In this document: positions 31,695 to 42,841 of the stretch, one piece after another
How positions within the stretch are numbered: position 1 is the stretch's first letter
How the letters are laid out: the number at the start of each line of letters is the position of its first letter
NCBI GenBank assembly: GCA_002862435.1
Contig: PKDC01000031.1
Coordinates: 948 to 64,947 of the forward strand
Direction of reading: 5' to 3'
DNA length: 64,000 nucleotides
Origin: Pseudomonadota bacterium
GTDB taxonomy: Bacteria; Pseudomonadota; Gammaproteobacteria; UBA5335
The notes under the pieces: generated by a model
Database searches by the model: none
Told to the model about the DNA's origin: nothing
What the model saw: only the letters and a program-made list of their open reading frames with translations
Translations under genes and position numbers: made by a program

Positions 31695-34535
31695 TCAGGC
31701 AGCGCCCGCCAGATCCGGCAACAAAGGCCGCAGATAACGGCCGGTATGGGAAGCGGCCACCTCGGCCACTGCCTCGGGCGGTCCTGCGGCAATCAACTGC
31801 CCCCCGCCATCACCGCCCTCCGGCCCCAGATCCAGCAGCCAGTCGGCGGTCTTGATCACATCCAAGTTGTGCTCGATCACCACCACCGTGTTGCCGTGAC
31901 CGCACAGCCGCTGCAGCACCGCCAGCAGCATTTCGATATCGTAGAAATGCAGGCCCGTGGTGGGCTCATCCAGAATATACAAGGTCCGCCCGGTGTCGCG
32001 CTTGGACAGCTCCCGCGACAGCTTCACCCGTTGCGCCTCACCCCCCGAGAGGGTGGTGGCGCTCTGCCCCAGGCGAATGTAACCCAGGCCCACGTCCATC
32101 AAGGTTTGCAACTTGCGCGCCACAGTGGGCACCGGGGCGAAGAACGCCAGCGCGTCCTCCACCGTCAATTCCAGCACCTCGTGAATGCTGCGCCCCTTGT
32201 AGCTCACCTCCAGGGTTTCACGATTGTAGCGCTGGCCCTTGCACACATCGCAGGTGACATACACATCGGGCAGGAAATTCATCTCCACCCGGATCACCCC
32301 ATCGCCCTGACAGGCTTCGCAGCGCCCGCCCTTGACGTTGAAACTGAACCGACCGGGACCATAACCCCGGCTGCGCGCTTCCGGCGTGCCGGCGAACAGC
32401 TCGCGGATGGGCGTGAACAGGCCGGTGTAGGTGGCCGGGTTGGAGCGCGGGGTGCGGCCGATGGGGCTTTGGTCGATGTCGATCACATGATCGAACTGAT
32501 TCAGTCCCTCGATGCGCTCATGGGGGGCGGGTTCAGCGGCGGCGCCATGCAGATAGCGCGCCGCCGCGACATGGAGCGTGTCGTTGATGAGGGTGGATTT
32601 GCCCGAGCCAGACACGCCGGTCACACAGGTGAACAGGCCCACCGGGATCTCTGCGGTGAGGTGCTTTAGGTTGTGACCGCTCGCGCCCTTGATGCGAATC
32701 CAGTGGTCGCCGTCGGGTTGCCGGCGCGGCCTGGGGATGGCAATGCTGCGTCGGCCACTGAGGTATTGACCGGTAAGGGATTCGGGATGGGCCGCGATCT
32801 CGGCCGGCGTTCCCTGCGCCACCACCCGGCCGCCGTGTACGCCGGCGCCGGGACCCATGTCCACCACATGATCGGCGGCGAGAATGGCGTCGTGGTCATG
32901 CTCCACCACGATCACGGTGTTTCCCAGGTCACGCAAATAGATCAGGGTGCGCAGCAGGCGGTCGTTGTCGCGCTGGTGCAGGCCGATGGACGGCTCATCC
33001 AGCACATACATCACCCCCACCAGGCCCGCGCCGATCTGGCTGGCCAGCCGGATGCGCTGGGCCTCCCCCCCGGAGAGGGTCTCGGCGCTGCGGTCCAGGC
33101 TCAGGTAATCCAGTCCCACATTGACCAGGAAATCCAGCCGCTGGGCAATTTCCTTGCAGATGCGCTGGGCAATTTCCCCGCGCCGTCCCGGCAGGTCCAA
33201 CTGACCAAAAAAAGCCTGGGCCTGACGCACCGACCAGGCGGTCAGCACCGGCAGACTGGTGTCCTCGATGAACACGTGGCGCGCCGCCAGGTTGAGCCGC
33301 GCGCCGCCGCAGGTCGGGCAGGGCCGGGTGCTGATGAACTTGGCGAGTTCCTCGCGGATGAGGTTGGAATCGGTCTCGCGGTGGCGCCGCTCCAGGTTGG
33401 GCAGGATGCCCTCGAAAGGATGACGCCGAACTATCTCCGTGCCCCGCTCGGAGAGGTAGCGGAATTCGATCTTGCGCTCGCCGCTGCCGTGGAGAATCAC
33501 CTCTCGCACCGATTCCGGCAGTTCCGCGAATGGGGTGTCCACATCGAAGCCGTAGGCGCTGGCGAGCGACTGGATCAGGTGAAAATAGTAGGCCGTACGC
33601 CGGTCCCAGCCGCGCACCGCGCCACCGGCCAGACTCAGTTCAGGGTGAGCCACCACGCGCGCCGGATCGAAAAACTGCTTGACCCCCAGGCCATCGCAGT
33701 CCGGGCAGGCGCCCGCCGGGTTGTTGAAGGAGAACTGCCGTGGCTCCAGCTCCTGCAGGCTGTAGCCACAATGGGGACAGGCCAGGCGGGCGGAGAACAA
33801 CTGCTCTGGACGCTCCGGCTCGTCCATGAAGGCCAGCACCGCCAAGCCGTCGGACAGCCGCAGGGCGGTTTCCAGGCTCTCGGCCAGACGCTGGCCCGCA
33901 TCCGCGCGCACCCGCAACCGGTCCACCACGGCCTCGATGCGGTGCTTGCGCTTGGGATCGAGCTGAGGGATCTCCTCCAGCTCGCGCACCGCGCCATCCA
34001 CCCGCGCCCGCACCAGACCCTGGTTGCGCAGGTCGACAAACACCTGATCATGTTCGCCCTTGCGGTCCTGTATCACCGGTGCCAGCAGCATGATGCGCAG
34101 CCCCTCCGGCAGCGCCAGCACCTGATCGACCATCTGGCTCACGGTCTGCGCCGCCAGCGCCACGCCGTGCTCGGGGCAGCGTGGAATGCCGGCCCGGGCA
34201 TACAGAAGACGCAGGTAGTCGTATATTTCGGTGACGGTGCCCACGGTGGAGCGCGGGTTGTGGGAGGTGGATTTCTGTTCGATGGAAATCGCCGGCGACA
34301 GGCCCTCGATGTGATCCACGTCGGGCTTGTCCATCAGCGACAGGAACTGGCGCGCATAGGCCGACAGGGACTCGACATAACGCCGCTGGCCCTCGGCGTA
34401 GAGGGTATCGAAGGCGAGCGAAGATTTTCCCGAACCGGACAGGCCGGTGATGCAAATGAGCTTGTCCCGGGGCAGATCCAGGTCGACGTTCTTGAGATTG
34501 TGGGTTCGGGCGCCCCGAATCCGGATGCTTTGCAT
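31695..34535 (-). CDS. uvrA: Excinuclease ABC subunit A
   Basis: GARTHNLKN, two ABC cassettes ([24 protein letters not shown] twice), zinc fingers. Confidence 0.98.
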   Translation of the reverse strand: MQSIRIRGARTHNLKNVDLDLPRDKLICITGLSGSGKSSLAFDTLYAEGQRRYVESLSAYARQFLSLMDKPDVDHIEGLSPAISIEQKSTSHNPRSTVGTVTEIYDYLRLLYARAGIPRCPEHGVALAAQTVSQMVDQVLALPEGLRIMLLAPVIQDRKGEHDQVFVDLRNQGLVRARVDGAVRELEEIPQLDPKRKHRIEAVVDRLRVRADAGQRLAESLETALRLSDGLAVLAFMDEPERPEQLFSARLACPHCGYSLQELEPRQFSFNNPAGACPDCDGLGVKQFFDPARVVAHPELSLAGGAVRGWDRRTAYYFHLIQSLASAYGFDVDTPFAELPESVREVILHGSGERKIEFRYLSERGTEIVRRHPFEGILPNLERRHRETDSNLIREELAKFISTRPCPTCGGARLNLAARHVFIEDTSLPVLTAWSVRQAQAFFGQLDLPGRRGEIAQRICKEIAQRLDFLVNVGLDYLSLDRSAETLSGGEAQRIRLASQIGAGLVGVMYVLDEPSIGLHQRDNDRLLRTLIYLRDLGNTVIVVEHDHDAILAADHVVDMGPGAGVHGGRVVAQGTPAEIAAHPESLTGQYLSGRRSIAIPRPRRQPDGDHWIRIKGASGHNLKHLTAEIPVGLFTCVTGVSGSGKSTLINDTLHVAAARYLHGAAAEPAPHERIEGLNQFDHVIDIDQSPIGRTPRSNPATYTGLFTPIRELFAGTPEARSRGYGPGRFSFNVKGGRCEACQGDGVIRVEMNFLPDVYVTCDVCKGQRYNRETLEVSYKGRSIHEVLELTVEDALAFFAPVPTVARKLQTLMDVGLGYIRLGQSATTLSGGEAQRVKLSRELSKRDTGRTLYILDEPTTGLHFYDIEMLLAVLQRLCGHGNTVVVIEHNLDVIKTADWLLDLGPEGGDGGGQLIAAGPPEAVAEVAASHTGRYLRPLLPDLAGAA

Positions 34536-34606
34536 AGGCTCACCGTTGGGAATTCGACCTGCTACTATAACCACCCTCTATGACACCGGGCAAAGGAGGT
34601 TTCCCC

Positions 34607-35836
34607 TTGCCTGCACCAGCCGAAGTTGATGTCGCCACCCGAATGAGCGCCGCCGAGCGCGCCGCCAGCTTCCAGATTGCCGGGCTGTATGCCTTGCGCA
34701 TGCTGGGGCTGTTCATGGTGCTGCCGGTCCTGGCGCTCTATGCGCGTGGGCTGCCCGGGGCCACCCCGTTCAAATTGGGGCTCGCCTTGGGCATTTACGG
34801 GCTGACCCAGGCCTTGCTGCAAATCCCCTTTGGCAGCCTGTCCGACCGCATCGGGCGCAAGCCCATGTTGCTGTTCGGGCTGGTCCTGTTCGGCCTGGGC
34901 AGCCTCGTCGCTGGCTTGGGCAGCAGCATCGACACCATCATCCTCGGCCGCGCGCTACAGGGCGCGGGCGCCATTTCGGCGGTGCTCAGCGCGCTGCTGG
35001 CCGACCTGACCCGGCCCGATCAACGCACCAAGGCCATGGCCATCGTGGGCGTCACCATAGGAATCTCCTTTTCCCTGTCGATGTTCATGGGCCCCGTACT
35101 GGACCGACTGATGGGCGTGCGTGGCATTTTCCTGCTCACCGCCTTTCTTACGGCTGTGGCGCTGGTCGTGGTGTGGCGCCTGCCCACCCCAATGGAATCA
35201 CGGGAACTGGAGCTGCCGCCGCCCGATTGGAGTCATCTGGTGGATCCCCTGCTGTGGCGCCTCAATCTGGGTGTGTTTCTGTTGCACCTGATGCTCACCG
35301 CCAGCTTCGTGGCCATTCCAATGCTGCTCAAGGACGACATGGGGCTGGATCAGGGGGATCACTGGAAAATCTACCTGCCCGTCATGCTGGCCGCCTTCGT
35401 GACCATGGCGCCGCTGGTGATGCGCACCAGTCGCGGCCCGGTAGGACCCATCTTCCTGGCCAGCATCGGCCTCTTGGGCATCGCCCAGTTCGGGCTGCTG
35501 TGGGCGCCCCATCACTGGGTGATTCTGCTGGTGATGCTGTGGATCTTTTTTACCGGCTTCAACGTGCTGGAGGCCTCCCAGCCGGCGCTGGTCTCCCAAG
35601 CCGCCCCGGCCAATGCCAAGGGCGCCGCCCTGGGGGTCTATTCCACGGCCCAGTTCCTCGGCGCCTTTGCCGGTGGGGTATTGGGGGGGACGCTGGCGAA
35701 CCATTGGGGCGGGGCCACGCTGTTCGAGATCCACGCCCTGCTCTGCGTGGTGTGGCTGGTCCTGAGCTGGCCCTTGCGTCACCTGTCGATGCAGGTGGGG
35801 CGGACGTCACTGCCCGCGCGAGCCATCGAGACCTGA
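34607..35836 (+). CDS. MFS transporter, YajR-like
   Basis: [13 protein letters not shown] and SDRIGRKP motifs; typical position between uvrA and ssb; SD AGGAGG (34594-34599) precedes an in-frame TTG at 34607. Confidence 0.88.
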   Translation: MPAPAEVDVATRMSAAERAASFQIAGLYALRMLGLFMVLPVLALYARGLPGATPFKLGLALGIYGLTQALLQIPFGSLSDRIGRKPMLLFGLVLFGLGSLVAGLGSSIDTIILGRALQGAGAISAVLSALLADLTRPDQRTKAMAIVGVTIGISFSLSMFMGPVLDRLMGVRGIFLLTAFLTAVALVVVWRLPTPMESRELELPPPDWSHLVDPLLWRLNLGVFLLHLMLTASFVAIPMLLKDDMGLDQGDHWKIYLPVMLAAFVTMAPLVMRTSRGPVGPIFLASIGLLGIAQFGLLWAPHHWVILLVMLWIFFTGFNVLEASQPALVSQAAPANAKGAALGVYSTAQFLGAFAGGVLGGTLANHWGGATLFEIHALLCVVWLVLSWPLRHLSMQVGRTSLPARAIET

Positions 35837-35937
35837 AGCGCCACCTATCTCCTCAGGCGCCACGGCGATGCTAAGATGAAGCCATCGCGCCGCCCGCCGT
35901 GAGCGCCACCCAATTCGAACGCCAGAGGGGAAAACCA

Positions 35938-36453
35938 ATGTCCAAGGGCTCCGTCAACAAAGTCATCCTGATCGGCAATCTGGGTGCCGATCCGGAAACG
36001 CGCACCACCACCAGCGGTTCCCAAGTTGCCTCGTTGCGCATTGCCACCTCCGAATCCTGGAACGACCGCCAGAGCGGGGAGCGCAAGGAGCAGACCGAAT
36101 GGCACCGCGTCACGCTCTACGGCAAGCTCGCCGAAATCGCCGGCCAGTACCTGCGCAAGGGTGCAAAGGTCTACCTTGAAGGCCGCATCCAGACCCGCAA
36201 GTGGCAGGACAAGGAAGGCAACGACCGCTACACCACCGAAGTGGTCGCCAACGAAATGCAGATGCTGGATGGCCGCTCCGGGGGCACAGGGTCTGGCGCT
36301 TCACAGGGCGATGGCGATGAATGGGGCGCCTCCTCCAGCGCTAAGGGCTCGACGCCGCCTCCGCGCCGTTCGGTGAAAGACGACTGGGATGCACCTGCGG
36401 CGGCACCCTCCGGCCGGAACGATATGGAAATCGACGACGACATTCCGTTCTGA
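35938..36453 (+). CDS. ssb: Single-stranded DNA-binding protein
   Basis: [21 protein letters not shown] and C-terminal DDDIPF. Confidence 0.97.
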   Translation: MSKGSVNKVILIGNLGADPETRTTTSGSQVASLRIATSESWNDRQSGERKEQTEWHRVTLYGKLAEIAGQYLRKGAKVYLEGRIQTRKWQDKEGNDRYTTEVVANEMQMLDGRSGGTGSGASQGDGDEWGASSSAKGSTPPPRRSVKDDWDAPAAAPSGRNDMEIDDDIPF

Positions 36454-36469
36454 CGGCAGATATCCGCGA

Positions 36470-36512
36470 TTCGGCGTGCAAATCAGGGTTCTTCGCACGC
36501 TGATTTTGCCGA
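36470..36512 (+). terminator. Stem-loop downstream of ssb
   Basis: TTCGGC...AAATCAG pairs with CTGATTT...GCCGAA; no clear U-tract. Confidence 0.35.
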
Positions 36513-36545
36513 ACTGAACACCTTCCCTGGATGGACCGCCGCATC

Positions 36546-37139
36546 ATGCCCCATGCGCCCGCCCCGCTGATTCTCGCCTCCACCTCGGTTTATCGGCGCA
36601 GCTTACTGGAACGGCTCCAGATACCCTTCCGCTGTGTGGCGCCGGACACCGATGAAACGGCGCGGGACGGCGAGTCGCCGGAAGCCCTGGTGCGGCGACT
36701 CTCCCTCGCCAAGGCCGAGGCCGTGGCCGCGATTCATCCCGATGCCTTGATCATTGGCGGCGACCAGGTGGCGGTTGGGCCGGACGGCATCATTCTGGGC
36801 AAGCCCGGCACGGTCGAGCGGGCCTGCGCCCAGTTGGCGCGGCTCTCGGGGCAGCCCGTGCGCTTCCTGAGCGGGCTGTGCCTGCTCGATGCGCGCACCG
36901 TGCACAGCCAGCTCGAGATGATCGTCACCACGGTGCGGTTTCGGGTCCTCGACGAGGCGACCATTCGCCGCTATGTGGAACGCGACCGGCCGCTGGATTG
37001 CGCCGGCGCCCTGCGCAGCGAAGCCCTGGGAATCGCCCTGTGCGAGGCCATCGACAGCGACGATCCCACCGCCCTCATGGGGCTGCCGCTGATCCGGCTG
37101 GCCGCCATGCTGCGGAACGCGGGGCACGCCCTGCCCTGA
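36546..37139 (+). CDS. Maf-family nucleotide pyrophosphatase, YceF-like
   Basis: LILASTSVYRRSLL, IIGGDQV, LGKPG, PLDCAGA and DPTALMGLPL motifs. Confidence 0.92.
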   Translation: MPHAPAPLILASTSVYRRSLLERLQIPFRCVAPDTDETARDGESPEALVRRLSLAKAEAVAAIHPDALIIGGDQVAVGPDGIILGKPGTVERACAQLARLSGQPVRFLSGLCLLDARTVHSQLEMIVTTVRFRVLDEATIRRYVERDRPLDCAGALRSEALGIALCEAIDSDDPTALMGLPLIRLAAMLRNAGHALP

Positions 37140-37148
37140 ACAGGAGGC

Positions 37149-38129
37149 TCAGGGCGCCGCCTCGCCGGCCCGCAGGGCGGTGAGCACCCGCGCCAGATCC
37201 TCGGGCAACGGCGCCTTGAAGCGGAGCGGCTTGCCGTCGGCAAGCGGGAGCACAAGCTCCGCGGCATGCAGGAACATTCGCCGCAAGCCCATGCGCGCCA
37301 ACTGGCGGTTGAAGTCGTGATTGCCGTAGCGATCGTCCCCTGCCAAGACATGGCCCGCCGCAGCGGCATGGACGCGGATCTGGTGGGTCCGGCCCGTATC
37401 GATCTCAACGCGCACCAGACTCGATCCCGGGAAACGTTCGATCTCCTGGAAGCGGCTGACGGCGGCCTGTCCCCGCTCCGCATCCACCCGCACGCTGCGC
37501 TCGCCTTGCTCGCGATGTTCCACATCCAGCGCCTGGCGCACGATGGTCCGTGCCTGCGCCCAGTGGCCGGCCGTGAGCGCCATGTACACCTTGCCGCAGG
37601 CACGATCGGCGAACGCGCGGTTGAGCATCAGCAGATCGGCCCGTGTCTTGGCCACCACCAGACAACCGCTGGTCCCGCGGTCGAGGCGATGCACCAGATT
37701 CAGCTCAGGGAAGTGGGGGCGCAAGGCCCGCAGCACGTCGATCAGGCCATAGGAGACGCCGGTGCCGGCATGGACCGCCAGGCCTGCCGGCTTGTTCACG
37801 GCCAGCAGGTGGTCGTCTTCATACAGGATGCGTCCGGCGATTTCGCCCATCAGGCCCGCTGGTGGAGCGGTCGGCTCGATGGTCGCGGCGCGCTGCAAGG
37901 GGGGCAGCCGCACCCGATCCCCCGCCTGGATACGATAATCGGGCTTGGCGCGGCGACCGTTCACACGCACCTCGCCGGTGCGCAGGATGCGGTAGACATG
38001 GGGACGCGGCAGGCCCTTCAACTGACCCAGCAGGAAATTGTCCAGCCGCTGCCCGGCGCGTTCGGCGCTGACTTCCACATACTGCACGCCGGACATGTCC
38101 GGCATGGCGGCTGCTGTCTCGCCGCTCAT
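37149..38129 (-). CDS. rluC: 23S rRNA pseudouridine synthase RluC
   Basis: S4 domain (GQRLDNFL...GEVRVNG), NKPAGLAVH, HRLDRGTSG and TGRTHQIRVH motifs. Confidence 0.9.
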   Translation of the reverse strand: MSGETAAAMPDMSGVQYVEVSAERAGQRLDNFLLGQLKGLPRPHVYRILRTGEVRVNGRRAKPDYRIQAGDRVRLPPLQRAATIEPTAPPAGLMGEIAGRILYEDDHLLAVNKPAGLAVHAGTGVSYGLIDVLRALRPHFPELNLVHRLDRGTSGCLVVAKTRADLLMLNRAFADRACGKVYMALTAGHWAQARTIVRQALDVEHREQGERSVRVDAERGQAAVSRFQEIERFPGSSLVRVEIDTGRTHQIRVHAAAAGHVLAGDDRYGNHDFNRQLARMGLRRMFLHAAELVLPLADGKPLRFKAPLPEDLARVLTALRAGEAAP

Positions 38130-39484
38130 GCCAGCGCGTCCAGCAGACCCGCCAGATTCCCCAGGCCATGGACTTCCATGCCGCCGATCGCGGCGCCGCG
38201 CCGGGGCACATTGGCCAGTGGTACCAGCGCGCGTGTGAAGCCATGCTTGGCGGCTTCGCGCAGGCGCTCCTCGCCATAGGGCACGGGGCGCACTTCGCCC
38301 GACAGGCCGAGCTCGCCGAAAATCACCGTGTGCTGGGGAATCGGCCGGTTGCGCAGGCTGGAAACCACCACCGCTGCCACCGGCAAGTCGGCCGCAGTCT
38401 CGCTCACGCGGATGCCGCCCACGACGTTCAGGAACACGTCCTGGTTGAACAGCGGCACGCCCCCGTGGCGGTGCAGCACGGCCAGCAACATGGCCAGCCG
38501 GTTGTGTTCCAAGCCCACGGTCAGGCGCCGGGGATTGGCCAGGGGACTGTCGTCCACCAGCGCCTGGACCTCCAGCAGCAACGGCCGGCTGCCCTCGCGG
38601 ATGCAGGTCACCACGCTGCCGGCGGCGCTCTGGTCATGGCGCGACAGGAAGATCGCCGAGGGATGAGTCACCTCCTTCAGGCCCGCGTCCGTCATGGCGA
38701 ACACGCCCAGTTCGTTGACCGCGCCGAAGCGGTTCTTCACTGCCCGCAACATCCGATAGCGACCCCCGGGGTCGCTCTCGAAGGACAACACGGTATCCAC
38801 CATGTGCTCCAAGACCCGCGGCCCGGCCAGCGTGCCGTCCTTGGTGACATGGCCGATGAGCACGACGACGATGCCGCTCTGCTTGGCGAAGCGCACCAGT
38901 TGCGCCGCCGATTCGCGCACTTGGCTCACGGAGCCGGGCGCGCCGGGCAACTGCTCGGTGTACATGGTCTGGATGGAGTCGATCACCATCAGCCCCGGCC
39001 GGCGCGCCTGGGCGCAGGCCACGATGCGCTCCACCGCCGTCTCCGACACCAGCGCCAGCGGCGCCTGGGGCAGACCCAGCCGGCGCGCGCGCAGGGCGAT
39101 CTGCTGCAATGATTCCTCGCCGGCCACATACAGGGCCGGCAGACGGTCCTGCAGTCCCACGGCCAGTTGCAACAGCAGGGTGGATTTGCCGATCCCCGGA
39201 TCGCCGCCGATAAGGATGACCGCGCCCGGCACCAATCCGCCCCCCAGCACCCGGTCCATCTCGCCCACGCCAGTGGGCGTGCGGGGATCCTGGGCCTCTT
39301 CCACCTCCCCGAGCAGCCGCACCTGGGGCACCTGGCCGGCATAGCCCGAGCGCCCGGTGGTCACGGGGGGATGGAGTGATTCGGTCAAGGTATTCCAGGC
39401 GCCGCAATCGGCGCACTGACCCGCCCACTTCGACGCCACCGCCCCGCAGGCACTGCAAACAAAGGCGGGCTTGCTTTTGCTCAT
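38126..39484 (-). CDS. radA: DNA repair protein RadA/Sms
   Basis: CxxC...CxxC zinc finger, GGDPGIGKSTLLLQ and KNRFG motifs. Confidence 0.97.
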   Translation of the reverse strand: MSKSKPAFVCSACGAVASKWAGQCADCGAWNTLTESLHPPVTTGRSGYAGQVPQVRLLGEVEEAQDPRTPTGVGEMDRVLGGGLVPGAVILIGGDPGIGKSTLLLQLAVGLQDRLPALYVAGEESLQQIALRARRLGLPQAPLALVSETAVERIVACAQARRPGLMVIDSIQTMYTEQLPGAPGSVSQVRESAAQLVRFAKQSGIVVVLIGHVTKDGTLAGPRVLEHMVDTVLSFESDPGGRYRMLRAVKNRFGAVNELGVFAMTDAGLKEVTHPSAIFLSRHDQSAAGSVVTCIREGSRPLLLEVQALVDDSPLANPRRLTVGLEHNRLAMLLAVLHRHGGVPLFNQDVFLNVVGGIRVSETAADLPVAAVVVSSLRNRPIPQHTVIFGELGLSGEVRPVPYGEERLREAAKHGFTRALVPLANVPRRGAAIGGMEVHGLGNLAGLLDALA

Positions 39485-39591
39485 GGCGCGTATTCAATGT
39501 TAGGCAATGGCAGCCGATCTTAGCATGGGTAAGCCGGAGGACCCGTGGACCCAACCGGTTCGTTTATTCTCGCCTTCCGACGGAATGCATC

Positions 39592-40422
39592 ATGGCCCAA
39601 CGCCTGCTCATCGAATTTTGCGGTCAAAGCGATACCGGTAGGGTTCGCAGCCACAACGAGGACAGTATCGAAATCGATCCGGCCTCGGGCCTGGCCGTGC
39701 TGGCCGACGGCATGGGCGGCTACAACGCCGGCGAGGTGGCGAGCAAACTCGCGGTGCGCAGCGTGGGCTTCCTGGTCCGCCAGCGCCTGGCCAGACTGGA
39801 ACCAGCGCCTGCCCCTGACGCCATTACACCCCCCCCTGCCGGGGTCCTGCTCAAGGAATCGGTGCAATTGGCCAACCAGCGCATTCTCAAGACCGCCAGC
39901 ACCCGCCCCGAATACCGCGGCATGGGGACCACCGTGGTCGCGGCGCTGTTCCTGGGGAATCGCGTTCATGTGGCCCATGTGGGCGACTCGCGCCTGTACC
40001 GCTTTCGCGAGGATCAGTTGGGGCGCCTCACCGTCGACCACTCGCTGCAGGAGGAACTGGTGGCGCGCGGCATGTTCAGCGCCGAGGAGGTCAAGCGCCT
40101 GGGGAAAAGCAATGTGGTCACCCGCGCCCTGGGTGTGGACGCCGCGGTGGACGTCAGCCTGGGCGAGCACGACGTGCGCGACGGAGATCTGTTCCTGCTC
40201 TGCTCCGATGGCCTGCACGACACCTTGAGTGAGGAGGACATTCTCGCCAACCTGCGGCGCTTCATGCCCGATCTGCCTCGCCTGACGCGCGCCCTGATAC
40301 AGGCGGCCAATGCCCGCGGCGGCAAGGACAATATTTCGGTCATCGTGGGGCATGCGATCGCTGCACCCGAGGCCACCCCGGAACCTGCCTGGTGGCGCCG
40401 CGTCATGCGGCGGTCCACCTAA
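39592..40422 (+). CDS. PP2C/Stp1-family Ser/Thr protein phosphatase
   Basis: GRVRSHNED, LADGMGG, GMGTT, HVGDSRLY, LCSDGL and GGKDNISV motifs. Confidence 0.93.
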   Translation: MAQRLLIEFCGQSDTGRVRSHNEDSIEIDPASGLAVLADGMGGYNAGEVASKLAVRSVGFLVRQRLARLEPAPAPDAITPPPAGVLLKESVQLANQRILKTASTRPEYRGMGTTVVAALFLGNRVHVAHVGDSRLYRFREDQLGRLTVDHSLQEELVARGMFSAEEVKRLGKSNVVTRALGVDAAVDVSLGEHDVRDGDLFLLCSDGLHDTLSEEDILANLRRFMPDLPRLTRALIQAANARGGKDNISVIVGHAIAAPEATPEPAWWRRVMRRST

Positions 40423-40451
40423 ATAACAAGAATTAGGACGAGGGGAAAACC

Positions 40452-41159
40452 ATGGCGAAAATCATCTTGATGGCCAACCAGGTCGCGATCCGGGAATGGA
40501 CCCTGGAGTTGGAGCGCCTGAGCGTGGGACGGGCACGCAGCAACGACATCCACCTGGATGATCCGGCCGTCAGCAGTCATCACGCGGCCATTCTCTGGAT
40601 GGCCGGCACCGCCTTCATTCAGGACCTGGGCAGCACCAACGGCACCCTGCTCAACGGCGAACCAGTCCAGCGCGCCCTGTTGCGCAACCGCGATGACATC
40701 ACCATCGCTCCCTTCCAGTTGCGCTTCGAGGAAAGTCTCGCGGACGAAGGCCTGGAACAAACCGTGGTATTGCGGCCCGGATCCATGCCACCACCCGCAC
40801 AGCCGACCCGACCCGAGCGGTCCGTTGCAGGAGACTCATCCGAGCCCTCGACCGGGCCCGTTCCGGTACTGAAACCCGGTCCGCGCGCTCGCCTGCAATT
40901 GCTCAGCGGTCGGCATGTCGGCCGCAGCCTGGATCTGGTCAAACCGCTGACCACTGTGGGGCGTCCGGGCGTCCAGGTCGCGGCGATCCGTCGCTCCACG
41001 GAGGGCTATACCCTGCACTATGTGCCCACGGCGGGGGATTCAGGTATGCCACCCAAGGTCAACGGCAAGGCCATTGGTCTGGGGCCTTACGCGCTGCAGG
41101 ACAATGATGTCATCGAACTGGCTGGTGTTACGCTGGGGTTTTTCGCCCAATCCGCCTGA
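40452..41159 (+). CDS. FHA domain protein (one canonical and one degenerate FHA)
   Basis: VGRARSND, VSSHHA and DLGSTNGT motifs, Pro-rich linker with TVVL, second domain VGRPG...VNG...LQDNDVIELAG. Confidence 0.9.
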   Translation: MAKIILMANQVAIREWTLELERLSVGRARSNDIHLDDPAVSSHHAAILWMAGTAFIQDLGSTNGTLLNGEPVQRALLRNRDDITIAPFQLRFEESLADEGLEQTVVLRPGSMPPPAQPTRPERSVAGDSSEPSTGPVPVLKPGPRARLQLLSGRHVGRSLDLVKPLTTVGRPGVQVAAIRRSTEGYTLHYVPTAGDSGMPPKVNGKAIGLGPYALQDNDVIELAGVTLGFFAQSA

Positions 41160-41174
41160 CCCGAAGCGCCTTCG

Positions 41175-41819
41175 TCAGGGCCGCAGGGCCGTCAGGCCAT
41201 CGGCAATCTGTGCCCTGGAAAGAGGCCGTACCGTGCCATGACGGGTGCGCAGGGCATAGATGAGCGAACCGTTGACCGGGTCGATCCGGACATGCGCCGA
41301 ACTGCCGCCGGGTTGACGCGCGCGCAGGACTTCATGGCGGGCCAGCAACTCCCGCAACTCCCGCAGATCCTTGTAGATATGCTCGACCGCCACGGCATAG
41401 CGCCGCAGCTTGCGGCCATAGCGCACATCCCGGCGCAAACGGGAAATCACCTTGCGCAAATTCGCGGAACCCGCGATCTGCTCGCTGATCTCCACCGACA
41501 CCGAGGCCGTACTGACCTGATCGCTGAGACCCGGATGGGTCAACACCACCCGTGTCTGCTCGCGCCAGGTATGGAGCAGATCGTAGGCGGCCATCAGCCA
41601 CATCTCCGACAGGGCGCCCAGGACTACCTCATCCTGGGGCATGGCCGGCGCCAATCGGTAACCATCTTCCAGGGTGCGCAGATAACCATCGGCAAGTGCC
41701 AGATGACGCGCCCGCATATGGAAATAGGCATCCTCGAAAAACGGCATCCGGCGCAAGGTCACCAGCATATCGCTGGCCGAGCGTTCCGCCGTGGATTGGG
41801 TCGAGGTGTCGAGTAGCAT
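41175..41819 (-). CDS. Hypothetical protein, possibly HEPN-like
   Basis: The 214-aa ORF fills the gap between two genes, has helical composition and carries an R-x5-H motif (RELLARHE). Confidence 0.65.
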   Translation of the reverse strand: MLLDTSTQSTAERSASDMLVTLRRMPFFEDAYFHMRARHLALADGYLRTLEDGYRLAPAMPQDEVVLGALSEMWLMAAYDLLHTWREQTRVVLTHPGLSDQVSTASVSVEISEQIAGSANLRKVISRLRRDVRYGRKLRRYAVAVEHIYKDLRELRELLARHEVLRARQPGGSSAHVRIDPVNGSLIYALRTRHGTVRPLSRAQIADGLTALRP

Positions 41820-41948
41820 ACCGATCCTGTGCGTCGGGTCTTCACCGCTTGTGCATCGGCCTCAATCGCATTGGGTTGAGGCCGAATAGGCAAACGCCGT
41901 TGTCATGGGCTAAGGTCAAAACGGGGCGGCAGGCAACGAGGACGATTC

Positions 41949-42782
41949 ATGGAGCAGATGACGGGCAAGCTCTGCCTGGTGACCGGCGCCAATTCGGGCA
42001 TTGGGCTGGCCACGGCCACGAAGCTGGCGCGGATGGGTGCCCATGTGGTGATGGTGTGTCGCAATGCGGCGCGGGGTGAAACCGCCCGCGAGCAGATCCG
42101 GCAGCTTACCGGCAATCACCAAGTGGACCTGCTGCAGGCCGATCTGGCCGATCTTTCCCAGGTGCGGGGCGTGGCGGAGGATTATCAGTCCCATTATCCG
42201 CGACTGGACGTGCTGATCCACAACGCGGGCCTGATGAAAAAGCGCCGCGAAGTCTCCGTCGGCGGCCATGAACTGCAGTTGGCCGTGCACTTCCTGGCGC
42301 CTTTCCTGCTCACCCATGCCTTGCGCAATGCACTTGAGGCCGCTCCCGCCGCCCGTGTGGTGTCGGTGGCTTCCATGCTGCATCGGTTCGGAAATCTCGA
42401 TTTCGACGACCTGCATGCCGCTCGCCGCTATTCCATGTGGCGTCAATATGGCGCCTCCAAGCTGGCGACCATCGTGTTTACCTATGAACTGGCGCGCCGC
42501 CTGGAAAACACCAACATCACCGCCAATTGCCTGCATCCCGGCGTCATCGGCTCGAATATCGAAAGCAATCCACGTTGGCTGCGCCCCTTTCTGGCCAGCC
42601 CCGAAACTGGCGCCCGCACCCCGGTTTATCTCGCCAGCTCCCCCGAGATGGAAGGCGTCACGGGTCGCTATTTCATCGCCTGCAGCCCAAGGGACAGTTC
42701 GCCGGCCAGCCGCAATCCCGCTGTGGCACGGCAGTTGTGGCGAGTCGGTGAAGACCTCACCGGAGCGCGCTGGCCGACCTGA
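41949..42782 (+). CDS. Short-chain dehydrogenase, retinol-DH/WWOX-like subgroup
   Basis: TGANSGIG, DLADLSQV, HNAG, YGASKLA and LHPG motifs. Confidence 0.9.
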   Translation: MEQMTGKLCLVTGANSGIGLATATKLARMGAHVVMVCRNAARGETAREQIRQLTGNHQVDLLQADLADLSQVRGVAEDYQSHYPRLDVLIHNAGLMKKRREVSVGGHELQLAVHFLAPFLLTHALRNALEAAPAARVVSVASMLHRFGNLDFDDLHAARRYSMWRQYGASKLATIVFTYELARRLENTNITANCLHPGVIGSNIESNPRWLRPFLASPETGARTPVYLASSPEMEGVTGRYFIACSPRDSSPASRNPAVARQLWRVGEDLTGARWPT

Positions 42783-42841
42783 TCCGCCCGGGAGTCGATG
42801 GGATACAATTGCCCACCTGACGCCCCATCCGGATGCTGCCC

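Noticed and set aside
34536-34606. LexA/SOS box between uvrA and the MFS-ssb genes
   Set aside because: No CTGT-N8-ACAG palindrome is visible.
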